A DNA stretch of 29,073 nucleotides, taken from contig JAISVD010000170.1 in assembly GCA_031271875.1 (NCBI GenBank), forward strand, positions 1 through 29,073, given 5' to 3'. This document shows, piece after piece, positions 1 through 7,902 of the stretch. The notes under the pieces are model-generated. The model made no database searches and was not told where the DNA came from. It saw nothing but the letters and a program-made list of their open reading frames with translations. The position numbers were made by a program, and so were the translations under genes. The stretch is from Spirochaetaceae bacterium. Lineage in GTDB: Bacteria > Spirochaetota > Spirochaetia > Treponematales > Treponemataceae. Each line of letters begins with the position of its first letter. The stretch's first letter is position 1.

Positions 1-1
1 C

Positions 2-601
2 ACCTGGCTTATCTCTTCCGGAACATCTGATATATGTATCGTCGATCCCGGCGGAAATCCTGATATGATTATAGCACGGATTGCCGCTCTGGAGAAAAAT
101 CCCGCAATGATTATCCTTACCCACGGCCATTTTGACCACCTTGGGGCGGTTCCGGCGCTTGCTGCCGCGTATAAGGGGCTTCCCGTATGGATACATGCCG
201 CCGATGCGGAATATCTGGGTGAAACGGGACTCCAGCGCCACCGGGAGGATTTTGAGCGGGTGGGTGCCGGGAAGCTGATGAATTCCTTCACTATGTCCCT
301 GCCGGAACCGGAGCGCCTTATCGCAGAAGGGGATACGTTTTTTGCGGAAAACGGTTCACTCTGGCAGGTGCTCCATACGCCGGGACACAGCCCCGGTTCG
401 GTGTGTCTGTACAATGAAGCGGAAAAAGTCCTGATCTCCGGGGACACACTGTTCAGAAACGGGATCGGGAGAACCGATCTGCGGGGCGGAAGTTCCGCCG
501 GACTGAACAGGAGTCTGGAAAGGCTCTCCCGGCTTGACGGAGCTGTCCGGGTGCTTCCGGGGCACGGAGGCGCCACATATATCAGGCAGGAACTGGGCTA
601 A
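2..601 (+). CDS. MBL-fold metallo-hydrolase (GloB/YcbL-like), 5'-truncated by the window edge
   Basis: Frame is open from position 2 (TWLISSGTSDICIVDPGGNPDM...). Metal motifs THGHFDH, HTPGHSPG, SGDTLF and PGHG are present. Confidence 0.9.
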   Translation, partial: TWLISSGTSDICIVDPGGNPDMIIARIAALEKNPAMIILTHGHFDHLGAVPALAAAYKGLPVWIHAADAEYLGETGLQRHREDFERVGAGKLMNSFTMSLPEPERLIAEGDTFFAENGSLWQVLHTPGHSPGSVCLYNEAEKVLISGDTLFRNGIGRTDLRGGSSAGLNRSLERLSRLDGAVRVLPGHGGATYIRQELG

Positions 602-661
602 CCATATCCTGAGTGAACTTCAGGATGTACCTACCGGCAGTTCTGTCCCCGGATGTCTTTC

Positions 662-2323
662 CTAGCGCGAATGGGCCAGAGACTCGGCGATATCAAAAGC
701 GTGATCGCCCATTCTTTCTATATGCCGGACGATATCGAGGTAGAGCAGTTCCGCCTTGACATCTGCCCCGGCTTTGAGACGTTTGCGGGCGACCTTTTTG
801 AGGTTCCTGCGGAAACGGTCGATCTCATCCTCGAAATTACGGGCGGTAACAAGCCCCTCGCTTGAAAGGTGGCTGTTTATGTGCTTCTTTATGAAGGCGA
901 GAAAGCGCTGTACCAGGTTTATATAGGGACAGAGGCGGTCAATATCGTCGTTCTGGAATTTCATCTTTTTTTCAATACTCCGATTCAGGAGAAGAGCTAC
1001 ACTGTAACAGCTGTCCGTTATGCTTTCAATGTCATCCACAATGTGGAGCATGACGGTGATGTTTTTCTTGGTTCTGTCCGACAGGGGCAATTCCGATGAG
1101 GAGAGAAGAAACTTTGAAAGCTCCTCCTGCATCTGGTCGGTGTACTCCTCAAGTTCCGCAAGTTTACTCAGCTGGGAGATAGTGGATTGTGTATCCTTAT
1201 CAGTGCCGAGACTGGACGTAAGGATATCGACCATCCGGGTGGCCACATCGGTCATATCGGAAAGTTCCTTTTCGGCCCTGATGATATAGGACTCGGCATT
1301 TTCCTTGATGCCCGGAGAACCAAAATCCAGCCGGTAAACCTCGGGGGTCTCATTCACTTCGGGTTTGATGATCCGTTCGGTGAGGGCGGCGAGCTGTTTG
1401 ACAAACGGCAGGAACAATATAGTACATAAAACGTTAAAAACCGTATGCAGCATGGCAATATGTGTCGTTATGGCGGCGTCCACAGGTCCCGGTATAAGAA
1501 CATCGACGAGCATGAGCAGAGGACGCAAGAATATGGCGGCAAGTATTGTCCCGATAACGTTGAAAAGGACGTGCACCAGCGCCGCCCGCCTGGCGTTGAC
1601 CTTCGTACCGATTGATGCGAGTACCGCATCTATTGTAGTTCCGACGTTACTGCCGAGTACCATCGCCGCAGAGAACTCCCAGGAGAGCAGCCCCCGGAAG
1701 GCCAGTGTTATGATAATCGCAGTGGAAGCGCTTGATGAGTGGATGATAACGGTTATCAGACAGCCCGCAAAAATACCGATAAGGGTACTCAGAGCCCCCC
1801 TGTCCGTAAATGCGGACAGGAAGGAGATCGTATCCGCATCGATTGCAGGCAGTGAATGGGAGAGCATATCCAGCCCCAGAAAAAGGAGGCCGAATCCCAT
1901 AATGGTCTCTCCGAGGCCCTGTTTTTTCCAGCTCCTTACAAAGGTAAGCAGAAATCCCAGCCCAAAGGCGGGTACGGCAAATGCGGTAAGGTTGAAATTA
2001 AACCCGATAAGGGAGACGATCCATGCTGTTATGGTGGTCCCGATATTTGCCCCAAAAATGACCCCGATGGACTGGGTAAGGGTGAGCAGACCGGCATTGA
2101 CAAAGGAAACGACCATTACGGTGGTCGCGCTGGATGACTGGATTATCATGGTTATAATCAGCCCGGTCAGAACCGCCAGGAAGCGGTTTCCGGTCATATA
2201 ACCCAGAACCTTGTGCAGCTTTTCTCCGGCCGTCTTCTGGATCCCGTCGCTCAACATCTTCATCCCGTACAGGAGAAACCCAAGACTGCCGATTATCTGA
2301 AAAACAATGGATACTACCGCCAT
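662..2323 (-). CDS. Na+/phosphate cotransporter family protein with C-terminal PhoU-like domain
   Basis: 553 aa. Repeated QSSSA / GANIGTT and HSSSA / GSNVGTT motifs in a hydrophobic N-terminal half, followed by a helical soluble C-terminus. Confidence 0.92.
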   Translation of the reverse strand: MAVVSIVFQIIGSLGFLLYGMKMLSDGIQKTAGEKLHKVLGYMTGNRFLAVLTGLIITMIIQSSSATTVMVVSFVNAGLLTLTQSIGVIFGANIGTTITAWIVSLIGFNFNLTAFAVPAFGLGFLLTFVRSWKKQGLGETIMGFGLLFLGLDMLSHSLPAIDADTISFLSAFTDRGALSTLIGIFAGCLITVIIHSSSASTAIIITLAFRGLLSWEFSAAMVLGSNVGTTIDAVLASIGTKVNARRAALVHVLFNVIGTILAAIFLRPLLMLVDVLIPGPVDAAITTHIAMLHTVFNVLCTILFLPFVKQLAALTERIIKPEVNETPEVYRLDFGSPGIKENAESYIIRAEKELSDMTDVATRMVDILTSSLGTDKDTQSTISQLSKLAELEEYTDQMQEELSKFLLSSSELPLSDRTKKNITVMLHIVDDIESITDSCYSVALLLNRSIEKKMKFQNDDIDRLCPYINLVQRFLAFIKKHINSHLSSEGLVTARNFEDEIDRFRRNLKKVARKRLKAGADVKAELLYLDIVRHIERMGDHAFDIAESLAHSR

Positions 2324-2387
2324 ATTTTCACCATATCAGAATAGAGAACTCTTTTCAACCGAGCGATTACATTGTACTATATGATAC

Positions 2388-3128
2388 ATGATGCGTATAT
2401 TCAGATATGTCTTTTTTCTGGGCATTGTTTTCTATCTGTTTTTCGTGACCGGGTGTTTTTCAGATACAGAAAAGAAAGAGATTGAGGTTCCTGTATCGGA
2501 GGAATCCGCCGCCAAACTGTGGGCGCCTTCAGAAAAGAAGGTCTGTGTGGTTTTTGGTCCCGGATATACTGAACCGGAGTTCACGGGAAAAGCGCTGGAA
2601 ATGCTTTCCGAACAGTTCGGGCTCGAAGCGGACGGCGGACTTATCAGGCCCCTCTATTACCCCGATGACTTTCTGTATTTCGGGATCGTCCGTATCTCAC
2701 GGCTGAGCGAACTTGCCTCGGATGCGGCGGTTACCGCAGTCATTACCATTGGCGGCCCCGAGGGTACTGCTCTGGGACTCTCATTGCTCCGGGCCCAGCG
2801 CAGTGATATCAGGATTATCTCCGCTTTTCCCCAGGATGATCCTGTTGCCATAGAGGGAACCTCCGCGATAGTTATCGATTTTGACCGTGGAGGGGATGAT
2901 CTCATAGCGGAAGAACAGGCCCTGAACGATCTTGACGCAGTACCGGATCTGCTCAGGTCCATGGCGGATATTGCTATTGCCGGGGATATACCCGTCATGG
3001 GGGAACCCCTGAGAGTGTTTGCGGCAGATCTGTTCGATCCCTGGACCGTACAGTTCTATATCGATCCTGAAACAGGTATGCGGTCCGGAAACCATTTCAT
3101 ACTGGCGCGTAAACAGGAATCTTCATGA
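2388..3128 (+). CDS. Hypothetical lipoprotein
   Basis: Basic N-terminus, hydrophobic stretch and lipobox-like VTGC. The stop overlaps the next start (ATGA). Confidence 0.7.
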   Translation: MMRIFRYVFFLGIVFYLFFVTGCFSDTEKKEIEVPVSEESAAKLWAPSEKKVCVVFGPGYTEPEFTGKALEMLSEQFGLEADGGLIRPLYYPDDFLYFGIVRISRLSELASDAAVTAVITIGGPEGTALGLSLLRAQRSDIRIISAFPQDDPVAIEGTSAIVIDFDRGGDDLIAEEQALNDLDAVPDLLRSMADIAIAGDIPVMGEPLRVFAADLFDPWTVQFYIDPETGMRSGNHFILARKQESS

Positions 3129-3823
3129 ACGCGCTCTGCCAGACTGAATCACTGCTTATAGGCGCCCCGGAGGCCGTAGAGGAGTTCGAAAAAAAGGAGT
3201 CCGTGCGTCTTTTGGTTGTTTCCGATACCCACGGAGAGGGGGAGCTTCTGGAAGCAATTATAAAAACATTCGGGCCGGAATGCGACGCCCTGTTCTTTGC
3301 GGGGGACGGGTGCTGGGATGTGGCGGCCTGTCTTGGAAAGGCGTATTCGAATGTGGCCCTGAAGGAGGCACTGCCTCCGGTACTTGCGCTTGTGCGGGGT
3401 AACGGCGATGAGGAGCAGTACCGTATCACCACGGGAACCCGGCAGAGTCAGGATGAACAGGACAGCCATCCGGGTTTTCCGGTTTTCTTCGCCGACAGGC
3501 AGATCGTGAAGGCCGCGGGACGGAAGATATTCCTGACCCACGGACACCGTCAGCGGGTCGAATACGGCATTGATTCTCTTGTGACCGCATCGGAAATGTT
3601 TGACTGCGATATGGTCTTTTTTGGCCACACCCACAGGCCCTGTGTGTATGAGGAAAAGATGTGCCTTCTGCTCAATCCCGGAAGCTGCGCCCGCCCGAGG
3701 GGAGAGATGCCTGCAACCTTCGCGGTCGTAGAGTACCCGAGTTTTGGGGAGCTGTACAATGTACAATTTTATGCAATAGACGAGAGTTTCGGAAAATACC
3801 GGTTTTCACGGTTCTGTTTCTAA
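3125..3823 (+). CDS. YfcE/MJ0936-family metallophosphoesterase
   Basis: Calcineurin-like motifs VSDTHG, AGDG, RGNGD, THGH and GHTH. Confidence 0.9.
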   Translation: MNALCQTESLLIGAPEAVEEFEKKESVRLLVVSDTHGEGELLEAIIKTFGPECDALFFAGDGCWDVAACLGKAYSNVALKEALPPVLALVRGNGDEEQYRITTGTRQSQDEQDSHPGFPVFFADRQIVKAAGRKIFLTHGHRQRVEYGIDSLVTASEMFDCDMVFFGHTHRPCVYEEKMCLLLNPGSCARPRGEMPATFAVVEYPSFGELYNVQFYAIDESFGKYRFSRFCF

Positions 3824-3865
3824 AGGAAACACTGATTTATACATGAGCATAAATCAGTGTTCACC
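3824..3865 (-). repeat. REP-like palindromic element, copy 1
   Basis: 13-bp perfect arms AACACTGATTTAT (3828-3840) and ATAAATCAGTGTT (3849-3861) with an 8-nt loop. A related copy lies at 12164-12208. Confidence 0.7.
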
Positions 3866-3920
3866 TCTTCAATCACCATAAGTATTCCGGAAAGTTCAAG
3901 TGGTATTTTTTGTGAATTGG

Positions 3921-4418
3921 TTAGAAAGGATACATTGAAAAATCAAAAATTATTTTTCCATTCCTTTCAACATATGAAAGTGGAATTTTAGGATTATTAA
4001 TATCTTTTCCTCCAGTATCATGCCACTTAGTTTCCCACATTGAATACCAATGCTCCATTGCTGATGATTCCAAGCGATAAATTTTTCGTAATTCTATCCC
4101 CTCGTAAACAGCAAATATCCAAGGAACTAATCGATATTTTGCGATTATAGCAGGATTCATATGATGATGTGTCGAAAAACTCTGGGTTAATAGTATATTG
4201 ACAGATTTTAGTTCATATTCTTGACCATCTTTATCAATTGCGTCATTTCCTTCACGACCAGGAAGTGCTTCTAATCCTGTAACGAGTAATATTTGCAAAA
4301 TCTTTCCGCCATTATCTTGGAAAATATCATTGATGCCATATTTTGCGGCCAATTTCTGATACCCTCTGATATAGGGGAATAATGCTTTCATTTCTTTTAA
4401 GTCTTTTGTTTCTTTCAT
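3921..4418 (-). CDS. pvuIIR: Type II restriction endonuclease, R.PvuII homolog (predicted CAGCTG)
   Basis: [35 protein letters not shown] and KDINNPKIP match R.PvuII as recalled. The catalytic D and E-x-K residues are intact. The symbol denotes homology. Confidence 0.93.
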   Translation of the reverse strand: MKETKDLKEMKALFPYIRGYQKLAAKYGINDIFQDNGGKILQILLVTGLEALPGREGNDAIDKDGQEYELKSVNILLTQSFSTHHHMNPAIIAKYRLVPWIFAVYEGIELRKIYRLESSAMEHWYSMWETKWHDTGGKDINNPKIPLSYVERNGKIIFDFSMYPF

Positions 4419-4636
4419 TTATTTTTCTTAAATAAATCGGTTATCGGTACTTCAAGGGCATTACAAATTTTCTCCATTACATCGATTGTTATATTTCGTT
4501 CACCCCGTTCTACAGAACCAATGTAAGTCCTATGTAATCCAGCCTTATCGGCAAGTTCTTCTTGAGAAAGATTATGCTCAATGCGTAATTTTCTCATATT
4601 ATTCGTAAATTTTTCCCTTAAATTCACACTTGACAC
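4415..4636 (-). CDS. pvuIIC: Controller (C) protein, XRE-family HTH; start GTG at 4636 or 4627
   Basis: [28 protein letters not shown] is the C-protein signature. The stop overlaps the R start (ATGA). GTG 4627 has AAGGTG 6 nt upstream. Confidence 0.9.
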   Translation of the reverse strand: MSSVNLREKFTNNMRKLRIEHNLSQEELADKAGLHRTYIGSVERGERNITIDVMEKICNALEVPITDLFKKNK

Positions 4637-4656
4637 CTTTAGAAAAGGATATTATC

Positions 4657-5739
4657 ATGAATACTATGAGTCTACAGACTATAAGTAGCATTTCGCAACA
4701 AAAGAGTACTAAAAAAGAGAACAAATCTGGGTATTTTTCATCATTGGGGGAAATGCTTCTTGGTGATTCGCTCGATGTATTAGCAAATATGGACGATAAT
4801 TCCATAGATTTGGTCATAACAAGCCCTCCTTTTGCCTTACAAAGGAAAAAAGAATATGGGAACAAGGAACAATATGAGTATGTTGAATGGTTATCACAAT
4901 TTGCCCATCTTGTATTTAGAAAATTAAAAGACTCTGGTAGTTTTGTTTTGGATTTAGGTGGAGCATATGAAAAAGGTGTGCCTGTACGAAGCCTTTACAA
5001 TTTTAGAGTACCACTGAAACTTTGCGATGATCTTGGCTTCTTTCTGGCAGAAGAATTTTTCTGGTATAATCCCTCAAAGTTGCCAAGTCCTATTGAGTGG
5101 GTAAACAAAAGGAAAATCAGGGCAAAAGATGCTGTAAATACTGTATGGTGGTTTTCAAAAACAGAATGGCCAAAGGCAAATATAAAGAATGTTCTCACGC
5201 CTTATAGTGACAGGATGAAAAAATTACTTGAAAATCCAGAGAAATATTATAAACCAAAAGACAGACCTTCAGGCCATTCAATTTCAGAGACATTTTCTAA
5301 TGATAATGGAGGAGCAATACCATCTAATTTATTACAAATTTCCAACTCTGAATCAAATAGTTTATATTTGAGACAATGCAAATTATTAAATATCAAAGGA
5401 CATCCTGCCAGATTCCCAGAAAAGTTACCGGAATTTTTTATAAAAATGCTTACAGATGAAAATGATCTGGTAGTTGATATATTCGGTGGATCAAATACAA
5501 CTGGATTTGTTGCCGAAAAATTAAACAGGAAATGGATTTCTATTGAGCAATCAATAGAATATGTTGCTTCTTCTGTTCTACGCTTTATTCCAGATGATAT
5601 TTCAGAAGATAAATTATTAAATATTTATAGCGAAATAGTTGATTTTGGATATATTAATTTAATTTCAGAAAATATTCAAAATAATTTATTTGGCTTTATT
5701 TCCAGATCTCCTTCACCCACATTGTCAGCCGGGATGTAA
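4657..5739 (+). CDS. pvuIIM: N4-cytosine DNA methyltransferase, M.PvuII homolog (beta class)
   Basis: TSPPF (motif IV) precedes DIFGGSNTTG (motif I), with the conserved block NPSKLPSPIEWVNKRKIR. ATG 4657 has AAGGA 7 nt upstream, and MNTMSLQTISS resembles the long-form M.PvuII N-terminus as recalled. Confidence 0.93.
   Translation: MNTMSLQTISSISQQKSTKKENKSGYFSSLGEMLLGDSLDVLANMDDNSIDLVITSPPFALQRKKEYGNKEQYEYVEWLSQFAHLVFRKLKDSGSFVLDLGGAYEKGVPVRSLYNFRVPLKLCDDLGFFLAEEFFWYNPSKLPSPIEWVNKRKIRAKDAVNTVWWFSKTEWPKANIKNVLTPYSDRMKKLLENPEKYYKPKDRPSGHSISETFSNDNGGAIPSNLLQISNSESNSLYLRQCKLLNIKGHPARFPEKLPEFFIKMLTDENDLVVDIFGGSNTTGFVAEKLNRKWISIEQSIEYVASSVLRFIPDDISEDKLLNIYSEIVDFGYINLISENIQNNLFGFISRSPSPTLSAGM
4662..4687 (-). 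promoter_or_regulatory. Tandem C-box operator for the C-R promoter
   Basis: Minus strand reads TACTTATAGTC-TGTA-GACTCATAGTA: two GACT-n3-AGTC-type boxes with a TGTA spacer, 25 nt upstream of GTG 4636. A candidate extended -10 (TG-A-TAATAT) lies at 4657-4649. Confidence 0.88.
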
Positions 5740-5772
5740 AGCGAAATACTAAAACGTTTCTGAAACCGTTAT

Positions 5773-6525
5773 TCAAGCAAGGGCCATTACCTTGCCGAGG
5801 AAATCCCTGGTTCGGGGATTTTCGGGCCGGGTGAATATCTTTTCCGGCGTACCCTGCTCCGTTATTACCCCTTCATCCATGAACAGAATACGGCTCCCCA
5901 CCTCACGGGCAAAACGCATCTCGTGGGTAACCACAGCCATGGTCATGCCTTCAGAGGCAAGCCCATGGATTACCGAAAGCACTTCGCCTACCATCTCCGG
6001 GTCAAGGGCGGACGTGGGTTCATCAAAGAGCATCACCTGGGGCTGCATCGCCAGGGCGCGGACAATGGCTATGCGCTGTTTCTGCCCGCCCGACAGCTGG
6101 GGCGGATAGGTATGCGCCTTGTCGGTAAGGCCCACCCGTTCCAGAAGTTCCATGGCGCGTTTGCAGGCTTCCGGTTTGGGCAGTTTTTTAACACGCACCG
6201 GCGCGAGAGTAATATTTTCGAGGACGGTTTTATGGGGAAACAGATTGAAATGCTGGAACACCATCCCCATTTCACTGCGGTAACGGTTGATGTTCTTTTC
6301 CCGCCTCCATTTGCCGATATGCGCCGCGGTGATCTCCTCGCCGTTAAAGAAAATCTTTCCGGAGGTGGGTTCTTCCAGCAGATTGAGACAGCGCAGGAAG
6401 GTGCTTTTTCCGCTCCCCGAGGGGCCGATGATAACAACGACTTCCCCTTTTTCAATGTGTTCATCGATTCCCCGGAGAACATGCAGATGACCGAAATTCT
6501 TGGTGAGTCCCTGTATACTAATCAT
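5773..6525 (-). CDS. Polar amino-acid ABC transporter ATP-binding protein (GlnQ family)
   Basis: Walker A GPSGSGKS, signature LSGGQKQR, Walker B FDEPTS and VTHEM. The likely start is ATG 6525 (MISIQGL). Confidence 0.95.
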   Translation of the reverse strand: MISIQGLTKNFGHLHVLRGIDEHIEKGEVVVIIGPSGSGKSTFLRCLNLLEEPTSGKIFFNGEEITAAHIGKWRREKNINRYRSEMGMVFQHFNLFPHKTVLENITLAPVRVKKLPKPEACKRAMELLERVGLTDKAHTYPPQLSGGQKQRIAIVRALAMQPQVMLFDEPTSALDPEMVGEVLSVIHGLASEGMTMAVVTHEMRFAREVGSRILFMDEGVITEQGTPEKIFTRPENPRTRDFLGKVMALA

Positions 6526-7210
6526 CTTTACGCATCCTCCGTTCAATATGCGCGAGCAGTTTTGACAGCGGGAAGGTAAGCAGAAAATACACCACCGCCG
6601 CCACAAGAAGAGGCTCGAACGGCTGAAAGGTGTTGCCCCGGACCGTATTCGCCTTGTACATCAGGTCAGCGATGCCGATTATGGAGACGATGGACGATTC
6701 CTTGATGACCACAACGAATTCATTGCCAAGCGCGGGAAGGACGTTTCTGATCGCCTGGGGAATGATGATATGCCTGAGGGACGCGCCGTATGAGAGTCCC
6801 AGGCTCCGGCCCGCTTCCATCTGTCCCCGGTCAACGGACTGTATCCCGGAACGAAATATCTCACAGACATAGGCTGCGGAGTTTATCCCCATGGTGATCA
6901 CTCCGGCCATAAAATCGGCAAAGTTGATCCCCAGAATTCCGCTGAGGAGAGGCACATCAGGAAACCTGATACCCACGGCCTGGAGTCCGTAATAGATAAT
7001 GAACAGCTGTACCAGCAGCGGTGTTCCCCTGATAAATTCAACATAAGCTGTACCGGCAAAACGGAGCAGACCGTTTTTACTTATGCGGCAGACCGCGAGT
7101 ATAAGACCAATGAGTGTCCCAAAAACAACCGCAGTGACGGCGAGCATTATAGTGTTTTTGGCGCCTACGAGGTAAAAGGACCAGTATCTTTCAAGGAATG
7201 TAAAATTCAC
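6518..7210 (-). CDS. Polar amino-acid ABC transporter permease (HisM/GlnP family)
   Basis: [14 protein letters not shown], the EAA loop [11 protein letters not shown] and IKESSIVS. Confidence 0.95.
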   Translation of the reverse strand: MNFTFLERYWSFYLVGAKNTIMLAVTAVVFGTLIGLILAVCRISKNGLLRFAGTAYVEFIRGTPLLVQLFIIYYGLQAVGIRFPDVPLLSGILGINFADFMAGVITMGINSAAYVCEIFRSGIQSVDRGQMEAGRSLGLSYGASLRHIIIPQAIRNVLPALGNEFVVVIKESSIVSIIGIADLMYKANTVRGNTFQPFEPLLVAAVVYFLLTFPLSKLLAHIERRMRKDD

Positions 7211-7350
7211 TGTATCAGTGTATACCAGAGCGGGAAAACTGGCAATTATTTTTTGGGGAATTCCGGCGGTATGGGAATAAAAATGTTCAATGGATGGCTT
7301 AACGTATTCTTATTACTGATATTCAAAATACCATTTTATTATGTATATAA

Positions 7351-7392
7351 TAAAGCGAGGTGTATTATACAAATATAATACACCCCGCTTTA
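7351..7392 (-). terminator. Rho-independent terminator of the TRL-like lipoprotein gene
   Basis: 19-bp stem (one G-U pair on the minus strand) with a 4-nt loop, followed by a U-rich run, 9 nt after the stop. Confidence 0.75.
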
Positions 7393-7401
7393 TCCAAGGG
7401 C

Positions 7402-7689
7402 TTACTCTCCTGTTACAGTTACCTCATACGTTATCCAAAGACCAAGAATTCCAAGCTTTCTGGTAAAGTCAACGGTTGAAATAGTCGTAATACCGCCATT
7501 TTTTGCAGCGGTTTGTATCCCGGCATCCGCACTCCCAAACATACCAAACCAGATTTTTCCCGATGCTTGTCCCACTTTGCTGCCAATCGGGTTAGTCGTT
7601 GCAGCCACCGGACTGGTTACCGTGGCACAACTGACAGTCAGAAAACAGATAACGGCAAGAACCGCTATCTTTGCAACACATTTTCTCAT
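7402..7689 (-). CDS. TRL-like family small lipoprotein
   Basis: Start ATG 7689 follows GAAGGGAG. Signal peptide ending LTVSC, then GSKVGQAS and AAKNGGITTISTVD, typical of TRL-like proteins. Confidence 0.8.
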   Translation of the reverse strand: MRKCVAKIAVLAVICFLTVSCATVTSPVAATTNPIGSKVGQASGKIWFGMFGSADAGIQTAAKNGGITTISTVDFTRKLGILGLWITYEVTVTGE

Positions 7690-7840
7690 GAAAATTCTCT
7701 CCCTTCTTTTTTGATGTCCTGCGACAATCTGTATATTGTATATTGTAAAAAAGTCATTTTGTAAAGTATTTAGTGACAAATATAGTGTATACTTGTCAAA
7801 CATTTTTTCTGGTATTCCGGTATATGGGATGATACGGATA

Positions 7841-7891
7841 AAAAACCTCTGAAGGACAGATGCGGGGGCGCAGAGTTGTCCTTCAGGGGTT
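7841..7891 (-). terminator. Rho-independent terminator after feoB
   Basis: Arms 7845-7858 and 7877-7890 pair at 13/14 positions with an inner TGCG/CGCA stem. TTTTT follows on the minus strand. Confidence 0.7.
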
Positions 7892-7902
7892 GGTATTATC
7901 TG

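Larger units (their letters stand above)
3870..5740. mobile_element. AT-rich island 1 carrying a PvuII-type R-M system (boundaries approximate, no mobility gene)
   Basis: Abrupt visible shift to AT-rich sequence between two GC-richer host genes. Confidence 0.6.

Noticed and set aside
653-2201. Plus-strand ORFs (653..865, 1365..2201 and others) opposite the Na/Pi cotransporter
   Set aside because: Antisense shadows of a well-supported gene, with no motifs or RBS.
3880-3925. attC-like start (TCTAAC) at the R.PvuII stop
   Set aside because: Box spacing is wrong, there is no convincing R' box, and the pairing is weak.
4599-4865. 88-aa minus-strand ORF overlapping the MTase 5' end
   Set aside because: Antisense to the conserved MTase, in a different frame from the C gene, with no family signal.
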